The translations under genes and the position numbers were made by a program. This document shows positions 48,566-58,653 of a DNA stretch of 64,000 nucleotides, in pieces. Below the pieces are notes generated by a model, which saw nothing but the letters and a program-made list of their open reading frames with translations, was not told where the DNA came from and made no database searches. The number at the start of each line of letters is the position of its first letter. The first letter of the stretch is position 1. The stretch is from Longimicrobiales bacterium (GTDB lineage: Bacteria > Gemmatimonadota > Gemmatimonadetes > Longimicrobiales > Gaopeijiaceae): contig OZ241869.1 of the NCBI GenBank assembly GCA_965202805.1, forward strand, positions 2,176,001 through 2,240,000. The letters run 5' to 3'.

Positions 48566-50376
48566 TATCCCTGTTCCTCGATGATTCGGCGCAGCCGCCC
48601 GGGCAGCTCGCGGACCGGTTCCCTGCGACTCTTCATGCTCCCGTCCGCATCCTTCCACAACACGAGGTTGTAGCGGCCCCAGTCGGGATCCTTCGCCGGG
48701 TAGTCGACGCGCGAGTGGGCTCCCCGGCTCTCCCTGCGTCCGATCGCGGCACGGGCGGCGGCTTCGGAGACGGCGAGCAGGTTGTCGAGATCGAGGGCCG
48801 TGTGCCAGCCGGGGTTGTACTCCCGGTTGCCCGTCACGGCGACCTGCGCGGCCCGTTCCCTGAGCGCCCCGATCTCCTCGAGCGCCGACGCCAGGTCGTC
48901 TTCGGTGCGCACGATCCCGACCTTGTCCTGCATGAGCTTCTGAAGGTCTTCCTGCACCTGGTAGGGGCCTTCCCCGCCGTCGTTGGCGAACGGGGCCAGG
49001 GAATGGCGTTCGGCCGTCTCGACCTGCCCGTCGTCGAGCGACGGGGCGGGGTTCTCGCCGGCGAAACGGGCCGCGTACTCGCCGGCCCGCTTGCCGAAGA
49101 CCAGCAGGTCGGAGAGGGAGTTGCCGCCCAGGCGGTTCGCGCCGTGCAGCCCGGCCGCGCACTCCCCGGCGGCGAACAGGCCGGGCACGTTGGACATCTG
49201 CGTGTCCGCGTCCACGCGCACGCCGCCCATCACGTAGTGCGTGGTGGGGCCGACCTCCATGGGCTCCTTCGTGATATCGATGTCCGCCAGCGCCTTGAAC
49301 TGGTGGTACATCCCCGGGAGCTTCCTGCGGATGTGGGCCGGGGCGTCGGAGATCTTCTCGGCGATCCAGGCGATGTCGAGGAACGCTCCGCCGTGCGGGC
49401 TCCCCCGCCCCTCCTTGACCTCGCGCACGATGCAGCGGGCGACGTGGTCGCGGGTGAGCAGCTCGGGAGGCCGGCGCGCGTCGCGGTCGCCCACCACGTA
49501 GCGCCACCCCTCCTCGGGGGAGTCGGCGGTCTGGTCCTTGTAGAGGTCCGGGATGTCGTCGAACATGAACCGGCGCCCCTCGGAGTTGCGCAGCACGCCC
49601 CCTTCCCCGCGCACTCCCTCGGTGACCAGGATGCCGCGCACGCTGGGGGGCCACACCATGCCCGTGGGGTGGAACTGGATGAACTCCATGTCCATCAGCT
49701 CAGCTCCCGCGTGGTAGGCGAGGGCGTGCCCGTCCCCGGTGTATTCCCAGCTGTTGGAGGTGATCTGGTAGGCCTTGCCGATCCCTCCGGTGGCCAGCAC
49801 CACGGCCTTCGCCCCGAAGACCTGGAAGCGCCCCCGCTCGCGGTCGTAGGCGAAGGCCCCCGCCACCCGCTCGCCGTCCAGGAGCAGCCGCGTCACGGTG
49901 CACTCCATGAAGACGTCCATGCCCTGGTGGACGCCGTGGTCCTGAAGGGTGCGGATCATCTCCAGGCCGGTTCGGTCGCCCACGTGCGCCAGGCGCGGGT
50001 ACGCGTGGCCGCCGAAGTTGCGCTGCAGGATGCGCCCGTCGGGGGTGCGGTCCATGAGGGCGCCCCACGCCTCGAGCTCCCTGACGCGATCGGGAGACTC
50101 CTGCGCGTGCAGCTCCGCCATGCGCCAGTCGTTCAGGTACTGGCCGCCGCGCATGGTGTCGGCGAAGTGCACCTCCCAGCTGTCGCGCTCGTCGACGTTG
50201 GAGAGCGCCGCCGCCACCCCGCCCTCGGCCATGACGGTGTGCGCCTTGCCCAGCAGCGACTTGCACACCAGTCCCACCGAGGCGCCCGCCGCGGCGGCCT
50301 CGATGGCGGCGCGCAGCCCCGCCCCGCCGGCGCCGACGACCAGCACGTCGTGTTCGTGCCGCTCGAACTCCGCCAT
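48565..50376 (-). CDS. sdhA: Succinate dehydrogenase/fumarate reductase flavoprotein subunit
   Basis: VVGAGGAG, KAHTVMAEGG (FAD-His), QFHPTG, EGVRGEGG, HYVMGG, HGANRLGGNSL, ESRGAH. Confidence 0.95.
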   Translation of the reverse strand: MAEFERHEHDVLVVGAGGAGLRAAIEAAAAGASVGLVCKSLLGKAHTVMAEGGVAAALSNVDERDSWEVHFADTMRGGQYLNDWRMAELHAQESPDRVRELEAWGALMDRTPDGRILQRNFGGHAYPRLAHVGDRTGLEMIRTLQDHGVHQGMDVFMECTVTRLLLDGERVAGAFAYDRERGRFQVFGAKAVVLATGGIGKAYQITSNSWEYTGDGHALAYHAGAELMDMEFIQFHPTGMVWPPSVRGILVTEGVRGEGGVLRNSEGRRFMFDDIPDLYKDQTADSPEEGWRYVVGDRDARRPPELLTRDHVARCIVREVKEGRGSPHGGAFLDIAWIAEKISDAPAHIRRKLPGMYHQFKALADIDITKEPMEVGPTTHYVMGGVRVDADTQMSNVPGLFAAGECAAGLHGANRLGGNSLSDLLVFGKRAGEYAARFAGENPAPSLDDGQVETAERHSLAPFANDGGEGPYQVQEDLQKLMQDKVGIVRTEDDLASALEEIGALRERAAQVAVTGNREYNPGWHTALDLDNLLAVSEAAARAAIGRRESRGAHSRVDYPAKDPDWGRYNLVLWKDADGSMKSRREPVRELPGRLRRIIEEQG

Positions 50377-51215
50377 CAGAGGATCCTCCAGTCGGTCCAG
50401 ATGCCCATGGAGCAGAGGCGCACGTAGACGTCGCTGAACCCGACCCACACGAGGCTCATCCAGGCCCAGAGCATGTGGCGCCGGTTGAGGCAGCTCACGC
50501 CCCTGTGGGCCTCGCGGCGCAGCGGACGCCCGGAGAGCCTGTTCAGCCCGCCGCCCACCAGATGGCGCAGGGAGTGGCATCCGAAGGTGTAGCCGCCGAG
50601 GAGCACGACGTTGGTCAGCAGCACCAGCGAGCCAAGGCCGATGCCGAAGGCCTCGCCCCCGCCCGGGGCCTCGAACCAGAACCCCTTCCAGGCGTCATAG
50701 GAGAGGATGCCGATGAAGATGACGGCGACGTACAGGAAGTAGCGGTGGATGTTCTGCATGATGAGGGGAAATGAGTGCTCGCCCCGATAGCCCTTGCGCG
50801 GCTCGCCGACCGTGCACGAGGGCGGATCGGCCCAGAAGGCCTTGTAGTACGCGCCGCGGTAGTAGTAGCAGGTGAAGCGGAAGCCCAGCGGCGCCCACAG
50901 GATCATGAACGCGGGCGACCAGCGCAGCCATCCCAGCCATGAGTCCGCCCACCAGGCAGGCGACGGTCCCAGCCAGGCATGGTGGGAGTCGCCCAGCAGC
51001 TCGGGCGAATAGAAGGGGGAGAGGTAGTTGCCGAAGGTGTAGAACTCGCCCTGGAACGCGGCCCAGGTCGAGTAGATGCCGAAGGCGGAGAGCCCCGTGA
51101 AGACCGCCAGCGGCTGTACCCACCATCGGTCCCGGCGCATGGTGCCGCCGAACGGATTGCGGGCGGCCAGGGAAGTCGGGTTTCGGACCGGAAGCGAGGT
51201 CGTGCCTGACGCCAT
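50376..51215 (-). CDS. sdhC: Succinate dehydrogenase membrane anchor, actinobacterial Sdh1 (Rv0249c-like) type
   Basis: YLSPFYSP, FRFTCYYYRGAYYKAF, QNIHRYF, GCHSLRH, HMLWAW; translationally coupled to sdhA. Confidence 0.8.
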   Translation of the reverse strand: MASGTTSLPVRNPTSLAARNPFGGTMRRDRWWVQPLAVFTGLSAFGIYSTWAAFQGEFYTFGNYLSPFYSPELLGDSHHAWLGPSPAWWADSWLGWLRWSPAFMILWAPLGFRFTCYYYRGAYYKAFWADPPSCTVGEPRKGYRGEHSFPLIMQNIHRYFLYVAVIFIGILSYDAWKGFWFEAPGGGEAFGIGLGSLVLLTNVVLLGGYTFGCHSLRHLVGGGLNRLSGRPLRREAHRGVSCLNRRHMLWAWMSLVWVGFSDVYVRLCSMGIWTDWRIL

Positions 51216-51347
51216 TCCTATCCTCCTGCGAGCGCCCGTGCGGCGCTTCTGTGAGATGGTGGGCGAACCTGCCGGTCGTGGTCGCCGGGGGCGCCCTTCC
51301 GCCGCGCCGTCGCGGCCCTGCCCGGGCCGGAGCACGCGGCGTGCAGA

Positions 51348-51376
51348 AGAATATCCCCGGGACGGTCACACGCCAA
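51348..51376 (-). promoter_or_regulatory. Candidate sigma70 promoter of the sdhCAB-MATE unit
   Basis: TTGGCG-N17-TATTCT on the minus strand. Confidence 0.45.
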
Positions 51377-51493
51377 TACGCGACGGGGGGACCGGGGTCG
51401 GATCCGGGGACGAGGGCGCGCCCGGGCAAGGGGTGCCGGCCGGGGCGCGGCGACCGGGAGTCAGGGCCCCGGATGCGGAGGCGGGAGTCGCGA

Positions 51494-52207
51494 TTACCGC
51501 GCCGGATGCGGGTCGTCCCGGCGCCCGATCGCGCAGGCCCGGTTCCAGACGGCGTCGAACATCTCCTCGGTGAGCTTGCCGGTGAAGGTGTTCTGCTGGG
51601 AGGGATGGTAGGAGGCCAGCACGGTCAGGTCAGGGCGGATGCGCACCTCCACCGCGTGGCCGAAGCGGGGGAGGGGACGTGGAAGCGCCTCCCCGCGGTC
51701 GCGGAGGAGGCGGAGCACCACCGAGAACGCGAAGGCGCCGAGCGCGACCACCACGCGCAGGTCGGGCAGCAGATCCCACTCGCGCTCGAGGAACGGGCGG
51801 CAGGCGTCGCGCTCGGCGGGGGTGGGGCGGTTCGCCGGGGGTGCACAGCGGACCGCCGCGGTGATCCAGGTCCCCCGCAGGGCCAGGCCGTCGTCGCGCG
51901 ACACAGACTCCGGCCGGGTGGCGAGCCCCGCGCGGTGGAGCGCTCCGTAGAGCAGGTCGCCCGAGCGGTCGCCGGTGAACATGCGGCCGGTGCGGTTGGA
52001 GCCGTGCGCGCCCGGCGCCAGCCCGACCACCACCAGCCAGGCGGCGGGGTCCCCGAATCCGGGCACCGGCCGACCCCAGTACTCCTCGGTGGCGTAGGCC
52101 GCGCGCTTCGTCCGCGCCACCTCCTCCCGCCACTCGACCAGCCGCGGGCAGCGGCGGCAGGCGCTCACCTCGGTGGCGAGAGCGGTGAGGGGATGGGTGG
52201 GGATCAC
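51494..52207 (-). CDS. udgB: Uracil-DNA glycosylase, family 5 (4Fe-4S)
   Basis: CRRCPRL, GLAPGAHGSNRTGRMFTGD, RCAPPANRP, HPSQQNT. Confidence 0.88.
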   Translation of the reverse strand: MIPTHPLTALATEVSACRRCPRLVEWREEVARTKRAAYATEEYWGRPVPGFGDPAAWLVVVGLAPGAHGSNRTGRMFTGDRSGDLLYGALHRAGLATRPESVSRDDGLALRGTWITAAVRCAPPANRPTPAERDACRPFLEREWDLLPDLRVVVALGAFAFSVVLRLLRDRGEALPRPLPRFGHAVEVRIRPDLTVLASYHPSQQNTFTGKLTEEMFDAVWNRACAIGRRDDPHPAR

Positions 52208-52217
52208 GATCGGCGGC

Positions 52218-54548
52218 TCATCGCGCGCGTCCGTCGTGGAGGTGCAGCGCGCCCGGCGTCCCCGAAGCCGTGTCCCTCGACAGGACCGTCCCGATCACGA
52301 CCGCCCGCGGGCAGCCGGCCGCGCGCAGGGCCTTCACACAGGCCTCTGCCCGGTCGGCCGGGACGCCGGCGAGCAGCCCGCCCGCCGTCTGCGGGTCGAA
52401 GAGGAGCTGGGTGGCGGGATCGCCGATCACTCCGGGGGCGGCGCGTACCGACTGCAGCGCGCGCAGGTTCTGGTCGTGGAGCGAGGAGAAGATGCCGAGC
52501 CGGGCCACGTCGAGTGCGCCGTCCAGGAAGGGCACGTCGGCGAGGCCGACCGAAACCTGCACCCCCGACGCGCGCGCCATCTCGAGCAGGTGGCCGGCGA
52601 GACCGAAGCCGGTCACGTCGGTGGCGGCGGTGGCTCCGTGTTCGCCGAGGATCCGCGCCGCGGGCCGGTGGGATTCCTGCATGACGGCGAGCGCGGCGTC
52701 GAGCCAGAGGCTCTGCGCCCTGCCCCGCATCTCCGCGGCGAAGATCACGCCGGTGCCGATCGGCCGGGTAAGCACCAGGCGATCACCCGGACGCATGCCC
52801 GACTTGCGCAGCAGATCTTCGGGGGGCGCCGTCCCGGTTACGGAGAACCCCATGGCGAGTTCTCCCCCCTCGCTGGTGTGTCCGCCCACCAACGCCACGC
52901 CGTCGCGCTCCAGAACCTCGAGCGCTCCCGCCATGAGCTGCGTGAGATCCTCCTCCATCTTCTCTTCCGCGGCGAGTGGCAGCGTCACCATCGCCATCGC
53001 CGCCACCGGCTCCGCGCCCATCGCAAAGACGTCGCCGAGCGCATGGTTGGCGGTGATGCGGCCGAAGAGGAAGGGATCCTCGATGAAGGAGCGGAAGAAG
53101 TCGACGCTCTGCACGGCCACCTGCCCCGCGGGAACCTGCACCACGGCCGCGTCGTCGGGGGCGTCCAGGCCGACCATCACGCTCGGATGACCGGCGGCGC
53201 CCAGCCGGGCCAGCGAACGGAAGAGCAGCTCGCTGCCCACCTTGGAGCCGCATCCTCCGCAGCGCATCGCGGGACCGGGCTCTGCAGGGGCCACGCGCCG
53301 ACCTTCCACCGCGGCCCCGGCCTTCGACGCGCCCGCCGACGACGGCCCGTCGTCAACTCCCGCCCCATCCATCGATGGCAGCTCGGTGTAGTCCCGGATG
53401 AAGCGCCGATCGATGCGGTCCTTCCAGGTCCAGACCCAGCGACCCGCGACCGTCAGCCCGTTGCGGGCAGCGACGGCATGGCGCCGGCCGGTGGAGATCA
53501 GGCTCAGGTATTCGCGCTGGGGACGGAAGCCGGCAAGGGGCGCTCCGCGCAGGCGCCGCTCGAGGTTGCGGGCGAGCGGCGGCCCCTGGCGAACCGCAAA
53601 GACGCCGGCCTTGGGACGCGGATGCCCTTCGACCGCGGCGATATCCCCGGCGGCGAAGACATCGGGATGGGACAGGGTCTGCAGGGTGTCGCGCACCCGG
53701 ATGAAGCCGCGCTCGTCCACCTGCAGACCGGATTCCCGGGGCCAGTCCGGCGCTCCCGCGGTCGTGACCCAGAGCAGCTCGTCGAAGGTGGCGCCGGATC
53801 CGTTTGCGAAATGCAGGCGATGGCCGTCCACGCGCACCACGCGGTGATCGGTGTGAACCACGATGCCGTCGTCCTCGAGGATCCGCGCGAACAGCGTGCG
53901 CATGCGCCCGGGGTATGCGGGAAGGATCTCGCTGGAATCGGTGAAGAGTTCGATGCCCACGTTGTCCTGGGGCCGCCCGGCGGCTTCGGCGGCGCGCGCG
54001 AGGCCATAGCGGATCGAGAGCGCGATCTCCACGCCTCCGGCGCCGCCGCCCACAATCCCGATCGAGACCGGGCCCGAGGTAGCGGCGACACGCTCGCGGA
54101 GCTGTGTCCAGCGCGCGAAGAAGCCGTCGATGGGCTTGACCGGGACGACCGAGTCCTCGGCACCGGCAACTCTCCGAACGCCGGGTGCCGAACCCGTATT
54201 CAGCGAGAGCACGTCGAAGGCCACCGGCGGACGCCCGGCGCACAGCACCCGCTTGTTTTCGAGATCGACCCCCACCACCTGATCGCGCAGAAAGCGGGCT
54301 CGAGCGAAGCGCGCCAGCGGGGCCAGATCGATGTGGGCGTCCGAGAAGGTGTAGTGGCCGGCGATCAACCCCGGCAGCATCCCGGAGTAGGGAGCGTTCG
54401 ATTCCCGCGAGATGAGGGTGAGACGGACCCCGGGAAGCGGCTTCATGCCGAAGTGCTTGAGTACGGCGACATGGGTGTGCCCGCCGCCGACCAGCACGAG
54501 ATCCTCGGTCACCGGTCGAGGCGGCGACCCCATGGCACCCATGCGCAT
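52218..54548 (-). CDS. selD: Selenide, water dikinase fused to an N-terminal FAD/NAD(P)-dependent oxidoreductase domain
   Basis: VLVGGGH, YSGMLPG, IVGGGAGG, FAAGD, then RCGGCGSK, DDAA, DFF, GGHT, TDVTGFGLAGH, DPQTAGGLL; start uncertain. Confidence 0.9.
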   Translation of the reverse strand: MRMGAMGSPPRPVTEDLVLVGGGHTHVAVLKHFGMKPLPGVRLTLISRESNAPYSGMLPGLIAGHYTFSDAHIDLAPLARFARARFLRDQVVGVDLENKRVLCAGRPPVAFDVLSLNTGSAPGVRRVAGAEDSVVPVKPIDGFFARWTQLRERVAATSGPVSIGIVGGGAGGVEIALSIRYGLARAAEAAGRPQDNVGIELFTDSSEILPAYPGRMRTLFARILEDDGIVVHTDHRVVRVDGHRLHFANGSGATFDELLWVTTAGAPDWPRESGLQVDERGFIRVRDTLQTLSHPDVFAAGDIAAVEGHPRPKAGVFAVRQGPPLARNLERRLRGAPLAGFRPQREYLSLISTGRRHAVAARNGLTVAGRWVWTWKDRIDRRFIRDYTELPSMDGAGVDDGPSSAGASKAGAAVEGRRVAPAEPGPAMRCGGCGSKVGSELLFRSLARLGAAGHPSVMVGLDAPDDAAVVQVPAGQVAVQSVDFFRSFIEDPFLFGRITANHALGDVFAMGAEPVAAMAMVTLPLAAEEKMEEDLTQLMAGALEVLERDGVALVGGHTSEGGELAMGFSVTGTAPPEDLLRKSGMRPGDRLVLTRPIGTGVIFAAEMRGRAQSLWLDAALAVMQESHRPAARILGEHGATAATDVTGFGLAGHLLEMARASGVQVSVGLADVPFLDGALDVARLGIFSSLHDQNLRALQSVRAAPGVIGDPATQLLFDPQTAGGLLAGVPADRAEACVKALRAAGCPRAVVIGTVLSRDTASGTPGALHLHDGRAR

Positions 54549-54650
54549 GGCCTGAAGATGCCGCTTCGGCGAGGAGTCGTTCAAGGTTGAGGTTGCCGGG
54601 GACATGACGCGGGCCGAAGGCGCGGGTGCGCATTCCGCCCCCGGGGGAGC

Positions 54651-55592
54651 CTACGGTCCGGGCTCTTCCCCGCGCGCGGCCAGTTCCGACGGAAGCAGGG
54701 CCGCGTGCATGAACTGGTTGAGCGGTGTGGCCACCCCGCACGCGCGACCCAGGCGGACCACCGCGCCGCTCAATTGCTCCAGCTCCGAGGGCCGGCCCGC
54801 TGCGATGTCGCGGTGCATGGAGGGGATCGAGCCGTGGGGGAGGCCGTCCAGGAAGGCCAGCGCAGCCGCGATCACGCCCTCGGGCAGCCGCACCCCGCGG
54901 GCCTCGGCCACCGCGGCAGTCTCCTCCATCGAGCGCCGCAGCAGGCCGCGTGCGGCCGGGGTGGCGCGCACTCGGCCAAGCGGCACCCGCGCCACCGAAC
55001 ACACCCCGCTCACGGGGGCCATGAGGAGGAGCTTGTGCCAGAGCTCCGCCTCGATGTCGTCGGAGACCACCACGGAAACGCCCGGGGCCCGCTCCAGCGC
55101 TTCCGCCAGCCGGTCGCAGCGGCCGGTGCGCCGCCCGTCCCGCTCCCCCATCACGATCACCGGGTCGATGCCGGTGTGCCGGATGCGGCCGGGCTCGACC
55201 AGTTCGCACAGGATGCGGGTCAGGCCGCCGGCCACCGCCTCGGCGGGCAGCGACCGTTCCAGCTGGGCCGGCGCCTCCACTCCGTTCTGGAGCGGCACCA
55301 CCACGGTGTGCCCGCCCACCAGCGGCCGGAGTGCCCGGCCGGCCGCCTCGACCTGCCAGGTCTTGGTCGTGACCAGCACCGCGTCCGTCTTCCCGAGCAA
55401 CGCGGGGGCGTCGGTGGCGGCGACGCGCTCCAGGCGCACGTCCCCGGCGATGCTCTCAATCCGCAGGCCGTCCGACCGCAGCGCCGCCAGCTGGCGCCCG
55501 CGCGCGACGAAGACGACTTCCTCTCCCGCCTCGACCAGGCGAGCTCCGAAGTAGCCGCCGACGGCGCCGGCTCCGTAGATCACGATTCGCAT
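54651..55592 (-). CDS. panE: 2-dehydropantoate 2-reductase
   Basis: GAGAVG, LQNG, LWHKL, SMHRD..GRPSE. Confidence 0.9.
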   Translation of the reverse strand: MRIVIYGAGAVGGYFGARLVEAGEEVVFVARGRQLAALRSDGLRIESIAGDVRLERVAATDAPALLGKTDAVLVTTKTWQVEAAGRALRPLVGGHTVVVPLQNGVEAPAQLERSLPAEAVAGGLTRILCELVEPGRIRHTGIDPVIVMGERDGRRTGRCDRLAEALERAPGVSVVVSDDIEAELWHKLLLMAPVSGVCSVARVPLGRVRATPAARGLLRRSMEETAAVAEARGVRLPEGVIAAALAFLDGLPHGSIPSMHRDIAAGRPSELEQLSGAVVRLGRACGVATPLNQFMHAALLPSELAARGEEPGP

Positions 55593-55699
55593 GACCCGCT
55601 CCATGACTTGAGACCCGCAGGCTTTCGCGCGCCCGCACAATTATCTTGGAAGCGCGAAAAGGAAAGTTCTGCATCCCCCAACGTCCGGAGGTTCCCGGC

Positions 55700-57103
55700 A
55701 TGTCCAACCGGTTTCGCGTCGAGCGTGATTCGCTGGGCGAAGTCCATGTTCCCGCCGACGCCCTCTACGGGGCCCAGACGCAGCGCGCCTTCGAGAACTT
55801 CCCCATAAGCGGCCAGCGCTTCGGGCGCCGCTTCATCCAGGCGCTGGGGCTGATCAAGAAATCCGCCGCGCGCGTCAACCGCGAACTGGGATACCTGGAC
55901 GGCCACACCGCGCGGGCGATCGCCGGGGCCGCCGACGAGGTGGCCCGCGGCGACCGCGACGGCGAGTTCGTGCTCGACGTCTACCAGACCGGATCCGGGA
56001 CGTCCTCGAACATGAACGCGAACGAGGTGATCGCGGCGCTGGCCAACCGCATCCTGGAGGGCTCGGGGGCCGCGCCCGTGCATCCCAACGACCACGTCAA
56101 CTTCGGCCAGTCCTCCAACGACGTGATCCCGACCGCCATCCACGTCTCGGCGCGCACCGGCATCGAGGAGGAGCTGATTCCCGCGCTCGAGCACCTGCGC
56201 GGGCTGCTCGCGGCGAAGGGGGAGGCCTTCGACGACGTGCTCAAGTCGGGCCGCACCCACCTGATGGATGCGACCCCGGTGCGGCTGGGCCAGGAGTTCG
56301 GCGGCTACGCGATGCAGGTCACGCGCGCCATCGAGCGCCTGCGGCACGCCTCGGCGGAGCTGGGCGAACTCGCGCTGGGCGGCACCGCGACCGGAACCGG
56401 CATCAACACGCACCCCGATTTCGCTCGTCTCACCATCCGGCATCTCTCCCGCGAGACCGGTCTCGCGTTTCGGGAAGCGGAGGACCATTTCGCGGCGCAG
56501 GGCGGGCAGGACGCCTGCGTGAGCGCCTCCGGAGCCCTGAACGCGGCCGCGGCCGGCCTGATGAAGATCGCCGACGACATTCGCTGGCTCTCATCGGGAC
56601 CGACGTCCGGCATTCACGAGATCCGGCTCCCCTCCGTGCAACCGGGGAGTTCCATCATGCCCGGCAAGGTGAACCCGGTCATGTCCGAGGCACTGATGAT
56701 GGTCGCGGCCCGCGTGGCCGGGAACCACACCACCGTCACCATCGCGGGCAGCCGCGGCAACTTCGAGCTGAACGTCATGCTGCCGGTGATCGCTCATTCG
56801 CTGCTGGAGTCGATCACGCTGCTCGCGGGGGCGAGCCGCGCCTTCGCGGACCGGTGCGTGGCCGGCATCGAGGCCAACCGGGAGCGGGCGCGCGAACTGC
56901 TCGACAGGAACCCCGCGATCGCGACCGCTCTCAACCCCTACATCGGCTACGACGCGGCCGCCAGGGTGGCCAAGGAGGCCGCGCGCGAGGGCAGGGCCGT
57001 GCGCGAAGTGGTGCGGGAGAGACGTCTGCTTGACGAAGAGACGCTGGAGGAGGCGCTGGACGTGCGCGGAATGACGAAGCCGGGGTTGCCGGAGAAGGGG
57101 TAG
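55700..57103 (+). CDS. fumC: Class II fumarate hydratase
   Basis: [42 protein letters not shown]. Confidence 0.93.
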   Translation: MSNRFRVERDSLGEVHVPADALYGAQTQRAFENFPISGQRFGRRFIQALGLIKKSAARVNRELGYLDGHTARAIAGAADEVARGDRDGEFVLDVYQTGSGTSSNMNANEVIAALANRILEGSGAAPVHPNDHVNFGQSSNDVIPTAIHVSARTGIEEELIPALEHLRGLLAAKGEAFDDVLKSGRTHLMDATPVRLGQEFGGYAMQVTRAIERLRHASAELGELALGGTATGTGINTHPDFARLTIRHLSRETGLAFREAEDHFAAQGGQDACVSASGALNAAAAGLMKIADDIRWLSSGPTSGIHEIRLPSVQPGSSIMPGKVNPVMSEALMMVAARVAGNHTTVTIAGSRGNFELNVMLPVIAHSLLESITLLAGASRAFADRCVAGIEANRERARELLDRNPAIATALNPYIGYDAAARVAKEAAREGRAVREVVRERRLLDEETLEEALDVRGMTKPGLPEKG

Positions 57104-57161
57104 GCGAGCGCGAGCCGCCTGCGATGGAGTCGCAGCGATTAGCTAAACTAACCGGACTAAG

Positions 57162-57905
57162 CTAATCTCCCGGCCCGGACAGCCGGTTGACCGCCTCCTC
57201 GAAGGAGGAGATGCCTTCCTCGCCGTTGAGCCTGACCTCCCCGGTCAGCTCCCCGCCCCGGTTGACCACGAAGGTGGGCGTCCCCTCAACCTCCAGCAAC
57301 TGGGCCAGGTTCATATCGCTCAGGATGAGGGGCGCGACCGTGTCGCGGATGAGGCAGGCCTGGAACTCCTCCAGAGGCAGATTGATGTCGGCCGCGAACT
57401 GGAGGAAGACGGGTATCGGGTCCTGCAGCGGCTGCCACACGCTCTGGTTCATGTAGAGGCGGTGCTGCATCGCTTCGAAGCCCTGCCTGTCGTTCAGTCC
57501 ACCGGCGCAAAGGGCGGCTTCGGCCGCGTGATACCCGCGCATGAGGCGGGCCAGCGGAAACATGCGCACCACGAAGTTGGCCCGGGCGGTGTCCACGAAG
57601 GTCGCCTTCAGGGAGTCGGTGCGCAGGATGTAGAAGGACCGGCAGGTGGGGCAGCCGAAGTCGACGAACTCGTCGATGCGCGCCAGGGTGGAGTCCACCA
57701 TGTAGATGCGCGAGTTGTCGGCACGCTCCAGGAATTCCACGTCCATCATGCTGAGCGCGATCCCGGCGGCGGCTTCCTGCTGCAGCGCGCTGGCCGGCGT
57801 GGGGATCGTCCCGGCCAGGATGAGCGCGGGAATCATCGCCCGCCCGGCACGCTGAATCGTCTTTCGCATGGCTTCAAACGCCGCTCGGCGGCCCGCCCTC
57901 GACAT
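57162..57905 (-). CDS. DsbA-family thioredoxin-fold protein
   Basis: AAGGAG SD, signal peptide, EFVDFGCPTC, GTPTF. Confidence 0.85.
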   Translation of the reverse strand: MSRAGRRAAFEAMRKTIQRAGRAMIPALILAGTIPTPASALQQEAAAGIALSMMDVEFLERADNSRIYMVDSTLARIDEFVDFGCPTCRSFYILRTDSLKATFVDTARANFVVRMFPLARLMRGYHAAEAALCAGGLNDRQGFEAMQHRLYMNQSVWQPLQDPIPVFLQFAADINLPLEEFQACLIRDTVAPLILSDMNLAQLLEVEGTPTFVVNRGGELTGEVRLNGEEGISSFEEAVNRLSGPGD

Positions 57906-58001
57906 GGAAGATGCTCCTTTCTGGATGGTGCAGCGGACCGTGGGTCCGGTTTTCGCGCAGGATGCGGCTACCGCCGTGTACCGGTGTGGGAGGCCGAGGG
58001 T

Positions 58002-58376
58002 TCAGCGACCTCTGGGAATCAGACGAACGAAGCCGGCCTGGATCAGGAGATCGAAGACTTCACCGGCGGCGACCGCCAGTTCCTGTGTCCGGTAAACGCC
58101 ACCGCCCAGCAGATCGACCTCGAAGCCGATGGTGGGCAGCCTCCACTCGCGCGTAAACCGCTCCCGCGTCTTTCCCGACACGTTTCCGAGGCGCGTGCGG
58201 CCGCCGCCGGTGGAGATGTAGATGCGCGCGTCGTTGAAGTCGAGGTTGTCCACATAGATCGTGACGTCCCGGTTCGGTTCGGCGCCGATGCCGGTGGGCG
58301 CGCGTCGCTGTCCCGTGCAGCCGGCAACCAGCAGGGTCGCCAGCACGCAGAGCGCAAACAGGGGTCGAGTTGTCAT
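58002..58376 (-). CDS. Small hypothetical lipoprotein
   Basis: GGAGG SD, lipobox VAGC, beta-rich domain. Confidence 0.75.
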   Translation of the reverse strand: MTTRPLFALCVLATLLVAGCTGQRRAPTGIGAEPNRDVTIYVDNLDFNDARIYISTGGGRTRLGNVSGKTRERFTREWRLPTIGFEVDLLGGGVYRTQELAVAAGEVFDLLIQAGFVRLIPRGR

Positions 58377-58653
58377 GATACCTCCTCCCGCGGGGACCGG
58401 AGCCGGCTGGTCGCCGGCGGTCCGTGGTTTCCTGCCTGTGTACATTGTATCGCGCGTGGCGCGGGCCTGCTACCGAAACAGGTCCCCGCGGGCGGGCTCG
58501 ACCGAGGGGCCTGGGCGGCGGGGTTGCCCGCGCGACATTCGCTGATGAAGCTGATGCACGGTTCGGACCGGCTCGCTGGCGTTCGTGGCGGGCGGCAGGC
58601 AACCATCGATCCATGAGGCACAGGATGCCGACAGCGGTCGGGAGGCGGGCGGC

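Noticed and set aside
51385..51490. G-quadruplex-like G-runs upstream of the sdh promoter
   Set aside because: Such runs are expected by chance at this GC content, and there is no independent support.
58387..58492. 12-bp inverted repeat CCCGCGGGGACC/GGTCCCCGCGGG as an SD-sequestering RNA switch for the small lipoprotein
   Set aside because: A TACAAT -10-like box (58444-58449, minus strand) lies between the arms, so the distal arm is probably not transcribed. The repeat is also very GC-rich.
58470..58560. Hammerhead ribozyme (GAAAC ... CTGATGA)
   Set aside because: The required UH after stem III is missing, and stems I and II cannot be formed convincingly.
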